Source of the DNA: a virus
Lineage: Duplodnaviria > Caudoviricetes
Direction: 5' to 3' (one strand)
IMG/VR virus record: IMGVR_UViG_3300011335_000668
Span: 1 to 27,774 of that record
Length of the DNA: 27,774 nucleotides
Shown here: positions 8,412 to 15,720 of the stretch, one piece after another
Position numbering within the stretch: position 1 is the first letter of the stretch
Layout: each line of letters begins with the position of its first letter
The notes under the pieces: generated by a model
Database searches by the model: none
Seen by the model: only the letters and a program-made list of their open reading frames with translations
Told to the model about the DNA's origin: nothing
Program-made: the position numbers and the translations under genes

Positions 8412-9301
8412 TAGCCCATGCCCCCGCCAAGAATAGTCCCAATCATTTGCTGGTTTGCCGCGCCCCATGTGCCGAGGCCGTTGGCCCAAGGGTTCTGGCG
8501 TCCAAGCTGCGCCTGCATCTGGTTTTGCGCGTTGAAGTTGTTCGCGCCGATAACCGTGCCCGCGAAGTTCTGGCCCACGCCCGCAAGCGCCGAACCAGCA
8601 CCAGCGCCAACGGCTTGCTGATTGCCGAGATAGCCCATGTAATTGCCGAACTCGTTAGACGCGAAGTTCTGGCCGTATTCATTGATCCCGCGCATTGCTG
8701 CACCGGACTGCAATCCGCCCATTCCGGCATAGGCGCTGTTTACAGCATCCATGCCCTCGCCAAGGCGGAACTGGTAGCCGGTCGAATTGCGGAAAATGTC
8801 AAAGGCGTTGTTTGCCGCTTGCTGCGGGGTCTGCTGCGGTGCGCCCTGCGGGGTTGCCATCCCTTGCGGTGCCATGCCCGTCATTAGCGCGTTGCCGCCT
8901 TCTGGCCGCGCGTAGGGCATAGCGCCGTTGTCACCGAGGCCATAAGCCGCACCCGCAGGCTGTCCGCCGCCGAGGCCGAACATCGCGCTGCCGATTTGGG
9001 TTAGCGGGTTGCCGCTGCCGCCCTGAAACTGCGCGTCTGCATTCGGCGTAATCTGCATAGTGGCAGGCCCACCCGCCGACATTTGCGCCCCGCCAAGGCC
9101 AAGTAGTGCGTTCATTTGATCCCCTGCTACGTTGCCGCGCTGCACAAAAGGCGACAGAATCTGCTTGTTCTGGCCGTAAATGTCGCGGGCGAGTTGAGTG
9201 TTCTCGGTGTTGTTCTTTTCCGAGGTCTCGGCAGCCCGCCCAATCGCCTTGTTCTGCGACTTGGAGCTAATGACGCTCCCGATGGTGGAGAATAGAGCCA
9301 T
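8411..9301 (-). CDS. DNA transfer/ejection protein (P22 gp7-like, 296 aa)
   Basis: Gly/Gln/Asn rich with FRNSTGYQFRLGEG...GGLQSGAAMRGINEYGQNFASNEF, characteristic of gp7-like pilot proteins. Confidence 0.8.
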   Translation of the reverse strand: MALFSTIGSVISSKSQNKAIGRAAETSEKNNTENTQLARDIYGQNKQILSPFVQRGNVAGDQMNALLGLGGAQMSAGGPATMQITPNADAQFQGGSGNPLTQIGSAMFGLGGGQPAGAAYGLGDNGAMPYARPEGGNALMTGMAPQGMATPQGAPQQTPQQAANNAFDIFRNSTGYQFRLGEGMDAVNSAYAGMGGLQSGAAMRGINEYGQNFASNEFGNYMGYLGNQQAVGAGAGSALAGVGQNFAGTVIGANNFNAQNQMQAQLGRQNPWANGLGTWGAANQQMIGTILGGGMG

Positions 9302-9720
9302 CAGCCTAGTTCCTTCATGAATTGCGTCTCGCAGGGGGTGTAGCCAAGACGCCCGTAGAGCCGCGTCGTGCGCTCCATGCCGTCCATTGCCACCATCACC
9401 GATTTGTTCGCCCCAAGGGCCTTAGCGTGCGCCTCAGCGGCGTTCAGAAGCGCAAGACCCTGCCCGTCCTCTGCGCGCCAGAATATCTCGACGAAAACGC
9501 GAACCTCGTTATTGAACGGATGGGGGTAGACCATGCCGCCAATCATCCCGCGCTCACTCACCAGAACGATGCCGTCCTCGCTCCCGATCAGCCCTTCCAG
9601 CATCTCGACAACGCTTTGCGCGTCCCAGCCAACCCGCGCCGTTACGCCTGCGTCCTCGGCAAACTTGCGGCCCATTTCGAGCAGGCGGGGAATGTCCTGA
9701 AGCGTGGCGGGGCGGATCAT
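9301..9720 (-). CDS. GNAT-family acetyltransferase-like protein (139 aa)
   Basis: MIRPATLQDIPRLLEM start, GQGLALLNAAEAHAKALGA and RLYGRLGY GNAT motifs. Sits in the P22 gp14-like position. Confidence 0.85.
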   Translation of the reverse strand: MIRPATLQDIPRLLEMGRKFAEDAGVTARVGWDAQSVVEMLEGLIGSEDGIVLVSERGMIGGMVYPHPFNNEVRVFVEIFWRAEDGQGLALLNAAEAHAKALGANKSVMVAMDGMERTTRLYGRLGYTPCETQFMKELG

Positions 9721-9863
9721 AGGCCACCCGCAGTCAGGCGCGCTTCTAGGGCCTCAACGTATTCGACAAGGGTTTGCCAATTGCGCTGCTGCGTCACCGA
9801 AGGCCCGCCGTCTTTTTCGATTAGCGGGATGCCGCGACGCAGGCGGGGGAGACTGTCTGCCAT
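9717..9863 (-). CDS. small virion protein in the tail-needle/plug position (48 aa)
   Basis: ATG at 9861-9863 is coupled to the gp10-like stop (TAATG). MADSLPRLRRGIPLIEKDGGPSVTQQRNWQTLVEYVEALEARLTAGGL. Confidence 0.65.
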   Translation of the reverse strand: MADSLPRLRRGIPLIEKDGGPSVTQQRNWQTLVEYVEALEARLTAGGL

Positions 9864-11322
9864 TATCGGCCCCCAAACGGCTCGTTGATTAAAACTGACG
9901 ACACGCGAAGCGGCACCGGGTCGGTCAAGCGGAACTCGGCAAGAAACGCCGGGGCCGATGCTAGCCCCAAGGCCCGCCACTCGACCCGCTTGCGGTAGTT
10001 GCCCTGCGCGCCAAGCTGTGTTGACTTCCACAGGCCCCAAGTCTGCCCCGCATCCGGCGACAGGCGCATCTCGATGACCGGATCGGTATAGGCACCCGAC
10101 AGGAACGGCGTTTGGCCGGGATTGACCCGCAACCGCAGATTGAAAACCGGCACCCCGCCGCCATTGATAGGCAGCCCACCTCTGAAGCGTCGCTCCAGAA
10201 CCCCACCCAATTCAACATGACCGTCACCGAAGGCCAGCGTCTTGCCGTCCTCCGAACCGAACACGCCCGCCGCCTGACAGTTGGCAGCCCAATTCGTCAG
10301 GCCGTCACTGGCAAACTCGCTCCAGGCACCTGTCCGCTGGTTGTAAACCTGCGTTTCGGTATCCATGCGCAAGGCCAGGCACTCGGTGCCGTCGATGTGG
10401 CAGCCCAATTCGTCAGGCCGTCACTGGCAAACTCGCTCCAGGCACCTGTCCGCTGGTTGTAAACCTGCGTTTCGGTATCCATGCGCAAGGCAAGGAACTC
10501 GGTGCCGTCGATGAAAAAGGTGAACAGGCTTGCGGTGGTCGAAGCGGCAAGGCGCTCCTGCAAACCGGGATTGGAAATGACGGTGTTTTCGTCCTGAAGG
10601 CAGACGGTGTTTTGATCGGTGACCCAAGCGAACGCAGGGCCGAAGGTGGTAGCGCAACCCGTTGCCCTGATGCCGCGCTCAAGCACGCGGCCTTCAAGGG
10701 GCTGGAACGGCAAATTGTTGTCGCTCGTGTTCGGCCAGAACTCGACCGTCTCACGCCCGAACAGGATCAAGATGTCGTCGATAAACAGCGCATCAAGCAA
10801 CTGGTCTGCGGCGCTTTCCGCCGTGAAAAAGTCCAACTCGGCAAAGGTGTATTGCAGCGGCGGCGTGAAATAGGCCCGCCCACTGCCCCCACGGATCGCC
10901 ACGAACCGCGATGCGCCCTCAATCACCTTGATGACCGGCGCGCTATCGGGAAACGCCACGGTTGCGTAATTCGTGCCGTCATAGCGGTGGATCGAAGCGC
11001 CCGCAGCGATCAGAACGCCCGTTTCGTTCCCGGCGATGGACACAGGGCCGTCGCCAGTTACAGCGCCCTTGTTGCTGGTCACATCGTAAAAACGGTCACC
11101 GCTCACGCCAAGCAAGCGGCCCGATACAACCCCGTCGCGCTTGAACAGCGCACGCACTTCCCCCGCGCCCATATCCGCAGCACGATCCACCAACGGCGGA
11201 CGCGACTGAAGAACGGTGCCCTCGGATGCCGTCTGCTCAACATACATGTTGACGACAGGCAAACCGGGAAGGTCACCATCGGCCCGCTCATAAGAGGACA
11301 GGCCGAATTGCAGGGCGGGCAT
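9863..11322 (-). CDS. P22 gp10-like tail hub/packaged-DNA stabilization protein, frameshifted by a 116-bp duplication as assembled
   Basis: ORFs 10297-11322 and 9863-10408 join into one 447-aa frame when one copy is removed (1460-116=1344 nt). Motifs FFTAESAADQL, FGRETVEFW, IEMRLSPDAGQTW...GNYRKRVEWRALG. Confidence 0.85.
10282..10513. repeat. 116-bp head-to-tail duplication (2 mismatches)
   Basis: 10282-10397 matches 10398-10513 except for C/A at 10376/10492 and 10380/10496. Confidence 0.95.
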
Positions 11323-11323
11323 T

Positions 11324-11623
11324 TTAGCGGTTAGGGCAGACGTAAACGGTGCCGGTGCCGGTCGCCGTGATAAAGGCCAAGCGGTCGTTCGGCTGCACGC
11401 CCGTCATGCGGATCAGCGTTAGGGCCGGAATAGGCGTGCCCGTTGCCACAGTCGCAGTCGGGGAAGCGCCCGCAACCGCAAAGCACTCTACGGTCGAATA
11501 GATCAGCGGGTCTTCCGCGTTGATCGGGTTTGTAGTTGCCGCCGTAGTGGTCGATACGGACACGCTCTGATGCCCCTCGCCCGTGCCACGCGCCACAACG
11601 ATAGCGTCAAGCCGCTCACTCAT
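11324..11623 (-). CDS. hypothetical virion protein (99 aa)
   Basis: GAGG RBS, Thr-rich beta protein, located between gp4-like and gp10-like genes. Confidence 0.75.
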   Translation of the reverse strand: MSERLDAIVVARGTGEGHQSVSVSTTTAATTNPINAEDPLIYSTVECFAVAGASPTATVATGTPIPALTLIRMTGVQPNDRLAFITATGTGTVYVCPNR

Positions 11624-11631
11624 AGGTCACC

Positions 11632-12189
11632 TCAGTAATAAACGGTTTCGGACGGGCGCGGGGTCGCGCCCAGCTTAAGCGACAGACCGCCGAGGAACTG
11701 GCGGGCCATTGCCACCACGCTCCCGCTCACAGCGCCTTGCTGGAACGTCTCGACAATCATCAGGGCAAGGGCGGCGGACAGGCCAAACGCGCCGCGTTCT
11801 GCAAGCGGTGCTTCGTCCGTTAGGCTCAGGTCGTTCAATGCGACCCAAGCGCCCCTGTGGTAAACTTGCGAGGTCTGCACACCGCCAACAATGCGGACGA
11901 TACAGGCCAATTCGCGCGGGGCACGCTCGCCCTCCACGCTTTCGACAGTCGCGGGCAAGGTGATGACAGCAGCAGGCGTAATCACCCGCTCCTGCTCTTT
12001 CGCCTCGTAGTCAACGGTCTTGTAAACGTCAGTCAGACGGCCAAACATGCCGCCTTCGACCCATGCGTCATACATGGATTGCAGTGCGTCCATGCCAAAG
12101 TCAGCCTCGGCAGCACTCGGGACATCATCAAGCCCGACAATGCTCGCCATTTGCAGGGCGCGGCGGATAATGTCGTTACAGGTCGCCAT
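11632..12189 (-). CDS. P22 gp4-like head-tail adaptor (185 aa)
   Basis: MATCNDIIRRALQMASIVG...PSAAEADFGMDALQSMYDAW N-terminus, typical of gp4/tail accessory factors. Confidence 0.8.
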   Translation of the reverse strand: MATCNDIIRRALQMASIVGLDDVPSAAEADFGMDALQSMYDAWVEGGMFGRLTDVYKTVDYEAKEQERVITPAAVITLPATVESVEGERAPRELACIVRIVGGVQTSQVYHRGAWVALNDLSLTDEAPLAERGAFGLSAALALMIVETFQQGAVSGSVVAMARQFLGGLSLKLGATPRPSETVYY

Positions 12190-12200
12190 ATCGCACCCCC

Positions 12201-12233
12201 AAAAGAAGGGGGCGAGCCATTACAGCCCGCCCC
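12201..12233 (-). terminator. intrinsic terminator after the head genes
   Basis: Minus strand GGGGCGGGCTG-TAA-TGGCTCGCCCC followed by CTTCTTTT. Confidence 0.75.
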
Positions 12234-12241
12234 GTTCAATT

Positions 12242-12673
12242 TCAGACCACAGCCAGCCAGTAGGCCACGGCAACGCGGACGTTACCGGCAGCCGAGGTAG
12301 CAGCGTTGGCAGCAACCGCGATGCGGACAGCCGTGTCGTTGGTGCCGGTCACGGTGTAGAGCAAGCCAGTGGCGGCGGTCGCAACCGCAGTGGTGCCAGC
12401 CTGCGCGACAGTCGAAGCCGCAAGGTAACGGTTGGCCGAGCCAGCATCGCCCACGTTGAGCGTGATGGTTGGGGTGCCGTTGGTATCAAGGTCGTCCGAC
12501 TCGATGGTGACGCTATGGATGATAGCGCCAATCGGCAGGTTGAGGACGGTGGCAGCGTCGGCGGTGGTGATGGTGCCCGAAAAGGCCACTTCACCATAGG
12601 ACACTTTGAGCGAGCCGCCGAACCCGTGACCGGGTGCGGAGAGCCGCGATTGCACGGAGTTAGTTGCAGGCAT
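12242..12673 (-). CDS. capsid decoration/minor head protein (143 aa)
   Basis: LNLPIGAII...DDLDTNGTPTITLNVGD motif, small Ala/Thr-rich beta protein downstream of the major capsid gene. Confidence 0.7.
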   Translation of the reverse strand: MPATNSVQSRLSAPGHGFGGSLKVSYGEVAFSGTITTADAATVLNLPIGAIIHSVTIESDDLDTNGTPTITLNVGDAGSANRYLAASTVAQAGTTAVATAATGLLYTVTGTNDTAVRIAVAANAATSAAGNVRVAVAYWLAVV

Positions 12674-12870
12674 TATTCAGATCCTTCCGAGGACTTCGGC
12701 GGGCGGCCCGGTTTGCCGGGAACGGCCTTGAACGCCGGATTGGGGGAAAGCTGCTCGAACACATCACCGGGGACGGAGACCGCCTCTCCTCTCGGAAAGA
12801 CGATCTCGCCCACAGTGCATTCGTCAGCTTCAGTCGGGTCACCTTCATGACCCACGAACATCAGTTTCAT
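12673..12870 (-). CDS. hypothetical head-region protein (65 aa)
   Basis: GAAGGT RBS; IVFPRGEAVSV...LSPNPAF...KPGRPPK. TAATG coupling to the next gene. Confidence 0.75.
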   Translation of the reverse strand: MKLMFVGHEGDPTEADECTVGEIVFPRGEAVSVPGDVFEQLSPNPAFKAVPGKPGRPPKSSEGSE

Positions 12871-12928
12871 CACAGAATTACCTTCTCAGGCATTGCTTAT
12901 TTCCTTCGAATAGTTCATTAGTCGGCAC

Positions 12929-13453
12929 ATGAACGAAGTTTGGAACAAAGTCATCGGCTACTATGGCCTGTATGAAGCATCAGACTTGGGGCGCGTTAAG
13001 CGCGTCAAGACCCGAGGCGGCAGGCCGACCTCTCGCATTTTGAAAGAGGGCCGAAACCGTGGCTATGCCAAGTTTGTCTTGTGTCAATTTAACGAACGGC
13101 GGACAGTTGCCGCCCACAGGGTGATTTGGGAGGCGTTTAACGGCCCCATTCCTTTCGGGATGCAGATTAATCACAAGGATGGCGACAAGCTGAATAACTG
13201 CCTGTCCAACCTTGAACTCTGCACTCCTAGCGAGAACACCCTGCACGCGTTCCGCGTCTTGAAAGTCCCGCCCAACATAAACCCCCAAAGGGGAACCAAG
13301 AATGGTCGCGCTAAGCTGAACGAGGAATCAATTCGCACTATTCGGCAACTACGCGCCGAAGGATTGACCCAGCGGGAAATCGCTAAGAAGTTTGGCGTTT
13401 GTGGCGCGACTATTAGCAATGTCCTGCTGGGTAAGTTCTGGACTCAGACCTAA
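12929..13453 (+). CDS. free-standing NUMOD4-HNH homing endonuclease with C-terminal HTH (174 aa)
   Basis: EVWNKVIGYYGLYEASDLGRVK (NUMOD4), HRVIWEAFNG...INHKDGDKLNNCLSNLE (HNH), GLTQREIAKKFGV (HTH). Opposite strand and visibly less GC-rich than its neighbours. Confidence 0.92.
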   Translation: MNEVWNKVIGYYGLYEASDLGRVKRVKTRGGRPTSRILKEGRNRGYAKFVLCQFNERRTVAAHRVIWEAFNGPIPFGMQINHKDGDKLNNCLSNLELCTPSENTLHAFRVLKVPPNINPQRGTKNGRAKLNEESIRTIRQLRAEGLTQREIAKKFGVCGATISNVLLGKFWTQT

Positions 13454-14547
13454 TCTGCGGCAGCGCCGAAGTAGCCCAGCACCATGCCGTGCTGTTTGCC
13501 GTTGAAGGCAGCCTTCTTGATGCCGATGATCTCATCCATGCCCACGGTCATGCGACGGTTGAGGGTCGGAATGTCCGACTTCTCGGTGCCCGCCTGCGGA
13601 CGCTGCGCATAAGCAACGAACAGCGATTGGGTGCCGCACAGGTAGACAGGACGGATCGGAGCCGAGGCGGCACCAGCGGTGTTGAAGCCGTTGGCGGCAG
13701 CCCATGCGTCAATTTCCGGCACTTCGCGGTGGATGATACCGTCGAAGATCAGGTCGCCGTCCTGCATGATCGGGTTCGCATCCACATCGCGCGGGCGAAC
13801 CTCACGGTTGGCCTGCTGTGCTTCGGACGATGCCTTGAGGTCGCGGAAGGTGCGCGAGCCGTGGAACGCGACGAAGTATTCGCGGCCCATTTCGTCGTTC
13901 ACCTGATACGGCGTGATTGCGGGCGAAGCCTGCATTGCCAGACGCTTCATCACGCCCAGACGGGCAATGGTGGTGGTCTGTGCAGCCGTCACGTTGCCAA
14001 GGGCGGTTGCCCAAGTGGCGTTGTAGCCCGAAGTCGCACCGAAGAAGAGGCGATCCTGATTGCCCGCAGCAAACGAGTTGCGGTTGGCAGCCGAGGCCAG
14101 GCCGTAGTTCACGGTCGTGTCGCCAGTGGTGACAACCGAGCCGAACGCTTCAATGAAGTCGTCACGCAGAAGCTCGCCGAAGTAGCGGGTCAAGCTTTCC
14201 TTGGCCGCGTTCATGATATCCAGCTCGGTGCGGAACGTCTGGTTCTTCGTGATCGCCACGCCCTTGCCGCGAAGGGCAACCGGCACGCCGCAGTTGAAGT
14301 TGTCGAGCGGGGTTTCGTTACCGACAATCGGGGTTTCACCCGTCACCGGAGCGCCCGTCAGCTTGTAGAACAGCGGGATGTTCAGCGTGTCGCCAGCCTT
14401 CTTTTCAAGGTCGGTGTAACCCTGAATGATGGCGTTGCTGGTGTTGTTGATGTAACCGGCGAAGCGCGAACGACGCACGTATTCCATGTGGGCGGTGTTG
14501 GCCCATGCCTTCCGCTGCGAAGCGGTGGCGAGAGAAAAGTCAGCCAT
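13450..14547 (-). CDS. major capsid protein (DUF4043/N4-gp56-like, 365 aa)
   Basis: DLEKKAGDTLNIPL...G.E..L, NPI..DGDLIFDGIIHRE and GIKKAAFNGKQHG motifs. TAAGGA RBS; follows the scaffold gene. Confidence 0.88.
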   Translation of the reverse strand: MADFSLATASQRKAWANTAHMEYVRRSRFAGYINNTSNAIIQGYTDLEKKAGDTLNIPLFYKLTGAPVTGETPIVGNETPLDNFNCGVPVALRGKGVAITKNQTFRTELDIMNAAKESLTRYFGELLRDDFIEAFGSVVTTGDTTVNYGLASAANRNSFAAGNQDRLFFGATSGYNATWATALGNVTAAQTTTIARLGVMKRLAMQASPAITPYQVNDEMGREYFVAFHGSRTFRDLKASSEAQQANREVRPRDVDANPIMQDGDLIFDGIIHREVPEIDAWAAANGFNTAGAASAPIRPVYLCGTQSLFVAYAQRPQAGTEKSDIPTLNRRMTVGMDEIIGIKKAAFNGKQHGMVLGYFGAAAD

Positions 14548-14559
14548 TTGAGAGGTTCC

Positions 14560-15258
14560 TTAGAACATGGCGTTCAGCTTCTCCGCTGCTGGATCGGGCT
14601 TAGGCTGGACGGATGATCCAGCGGACGGCGCGGATGCCAGAGACGGGGGCGGCTGAACGGAGGGGGTTTGCACCGCGACAGGGGCGGCGGTTTGCTGCGC
14701 GAGGGTCGCGTTTGCGGCCTTCCACGCTTGGAATTGTTCGAAGTCGCTGAGGCTCACCTGAGACGCGATCTGGTCGCGCTGGAATTGCTCAACAACGTGC
14801 TTCCACGGGTTGCGCTGACGAAGCACCTGCGCCTGATAGGACGGGTCTTGGCTGAACCGCTGCAAAGCCCATTCGCGGGCCTTGTCGACTAGCTCGTCGC
14901 CGAACTTGTCGCGGGTCATCTCCTCCGAAATATCAAGCTTGGTGTTCAGAACCTGCTGACTGGCAAAGCCTGCCAGTTGCTCAGGGTCATAGACATCGAG
15001 GGGTTCGGGCGGGGCCTGCTGCGCTTGATAGCGGGCAAGCTCGGCTTCCAGCTTCTGGCGGCGCTCACGTTCGTCCAGCATCGCGCTAAGGGGGACATGC
15101 CCCGGCTCAGGCTTTGCAGGCTCAGGCGTGACGACAGGCGGCGCTACGGGGGTTTCCGCAGGTTGTTCCGCAACAGGCTCAGGCTCTACCGCTTCCGGCG
15201 TTGCTTCGACCTGTTCCTCGGCAATCGGGTTCGTTCCGAAAATGTCTTCATCAGTCAT
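14560..15258 (-). CDS. scaffolding protein (232 aa)
   Basis: Acidic Pro/Glu-rich N-terminus, HVPLSAMLDERERRQ coil, PPSLASAPS tail. Directly upstream of the capsid gene. Confidence 0.85.
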   Translation of the reverse strand: MTDEDIFGTNPIAEEQVEATPEAVEPEPVAEQPAETPVAPPVVTPEPAKPEPGHVPLSAMLDERERRQKLEAELARYQAQQAPPEPLDVYDPEQLAGFASQQVLNTKLDISEEMTRDKFGDELVDKAREWALQRFSQDPSYQAQVLRQRNPWKHVVEQFQRDQIASQVSLSDFEQFQAWKAANATLAQQTAAPVAVQTPSVQPPPSLASAPSAGSSVQPKPDPAAEKLNAMF

Positions 15259-15265
15259 GTGGGTT

Positions 15266-15363
15266 TGCCTCTAACGCTGGCATGGCGAAGCGCCCGAACC
15301 CCGGCGGCGGGTCGGCTGATGCGTTCAGCACTAACGAAAGCGCCCGTTACGGTCGGCGGCACC
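15266..15363 (-). promoter_or_regulatory. putative cis-regulatory RNA: three tandem mini-pseudoknots plus a hairpin in the scaffold leader
   Basis: GGT-GCCGCCG-ACC..GGCG, CCC-GCCGCCG-GGG..GGCG and CGC-CATGCCA-GCG..GGCA. The third unit overlaps the AGAGG SD. Confidence 0.6.
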
Positions 15364-15532
15364 TTTGGGCAGCAAGCATCGCTTCAGCGTCCCGTGCGGT
15401 AAAACCCGCTTGGAACAGCTTCACAGTGCCATTGCCGCCAAACTCGTGAACTAGCGCCCGCCACTCTCGCGGCAGGGCGTCTAGGATTAGGAAATCGTCT
15501 CGTTGCTTTTGGGCGTAGACTTGTAAGTCCAT
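15347..15532 (-). CDS. hypothetical protein (61 aa)
   Basis: AAGGGTG RBS; DALPREWRALVHEFG motif of a small phage protein type. Confidence 0.6.
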   Translation of the reverse strand: MDLQVYAQKQRDDFLILDALPREWRALVHEFGGNGTVKLFQAGFTARDAEAMLAAQRCRRP

Positions 15533-15720
15533 GCGTCACCCTTTTGCGCCCAACCGTCAGCCAGCATCGCTTCGACGGCTATCGTTTTGCGATCTTCGCG
15601 GGTCGCATCGTTGATGCGCTGCCACGTGCCGCTTTCGTAGTTCAACAGGCGGCCTTGGCGGCGCGACAGTTCAAGCAACTGCCCCACATAGCACAGCAAT
15701 TCGCGCTCACGGTCGGTCAC
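15487..15720 (-). CDS. hypothetical protein (77 aa)
   Basis: GTGA overlap with the portal stop; overlaps the next ORF by 46 bp. Confidence 0.55.
   Translation of the reverse strand: MTDRERELLCYVGQLLELSRRQGRLLNYESGTWQRINDATREDRKTIAVEAMLADGWAQKGDAWTYKSTPKSNETIS

Noticed and set aside
10282-10513. DGR template/variable repeat pair (mismatches at A positions)
   Set aside because: The copies are directly adjacent with only two differences, no reverse transcriptase is in the window, and the target is not a fibre tip.
13489-14616. 375-aa plus-strand ORF, and similar long antisense ORFs (3346-4203, 6787-7617, 10612-11334, 16026-16790)
   Set aside because: These are shadows of well-supported GC-rich minus-strand genes, with no RBS or motifs.
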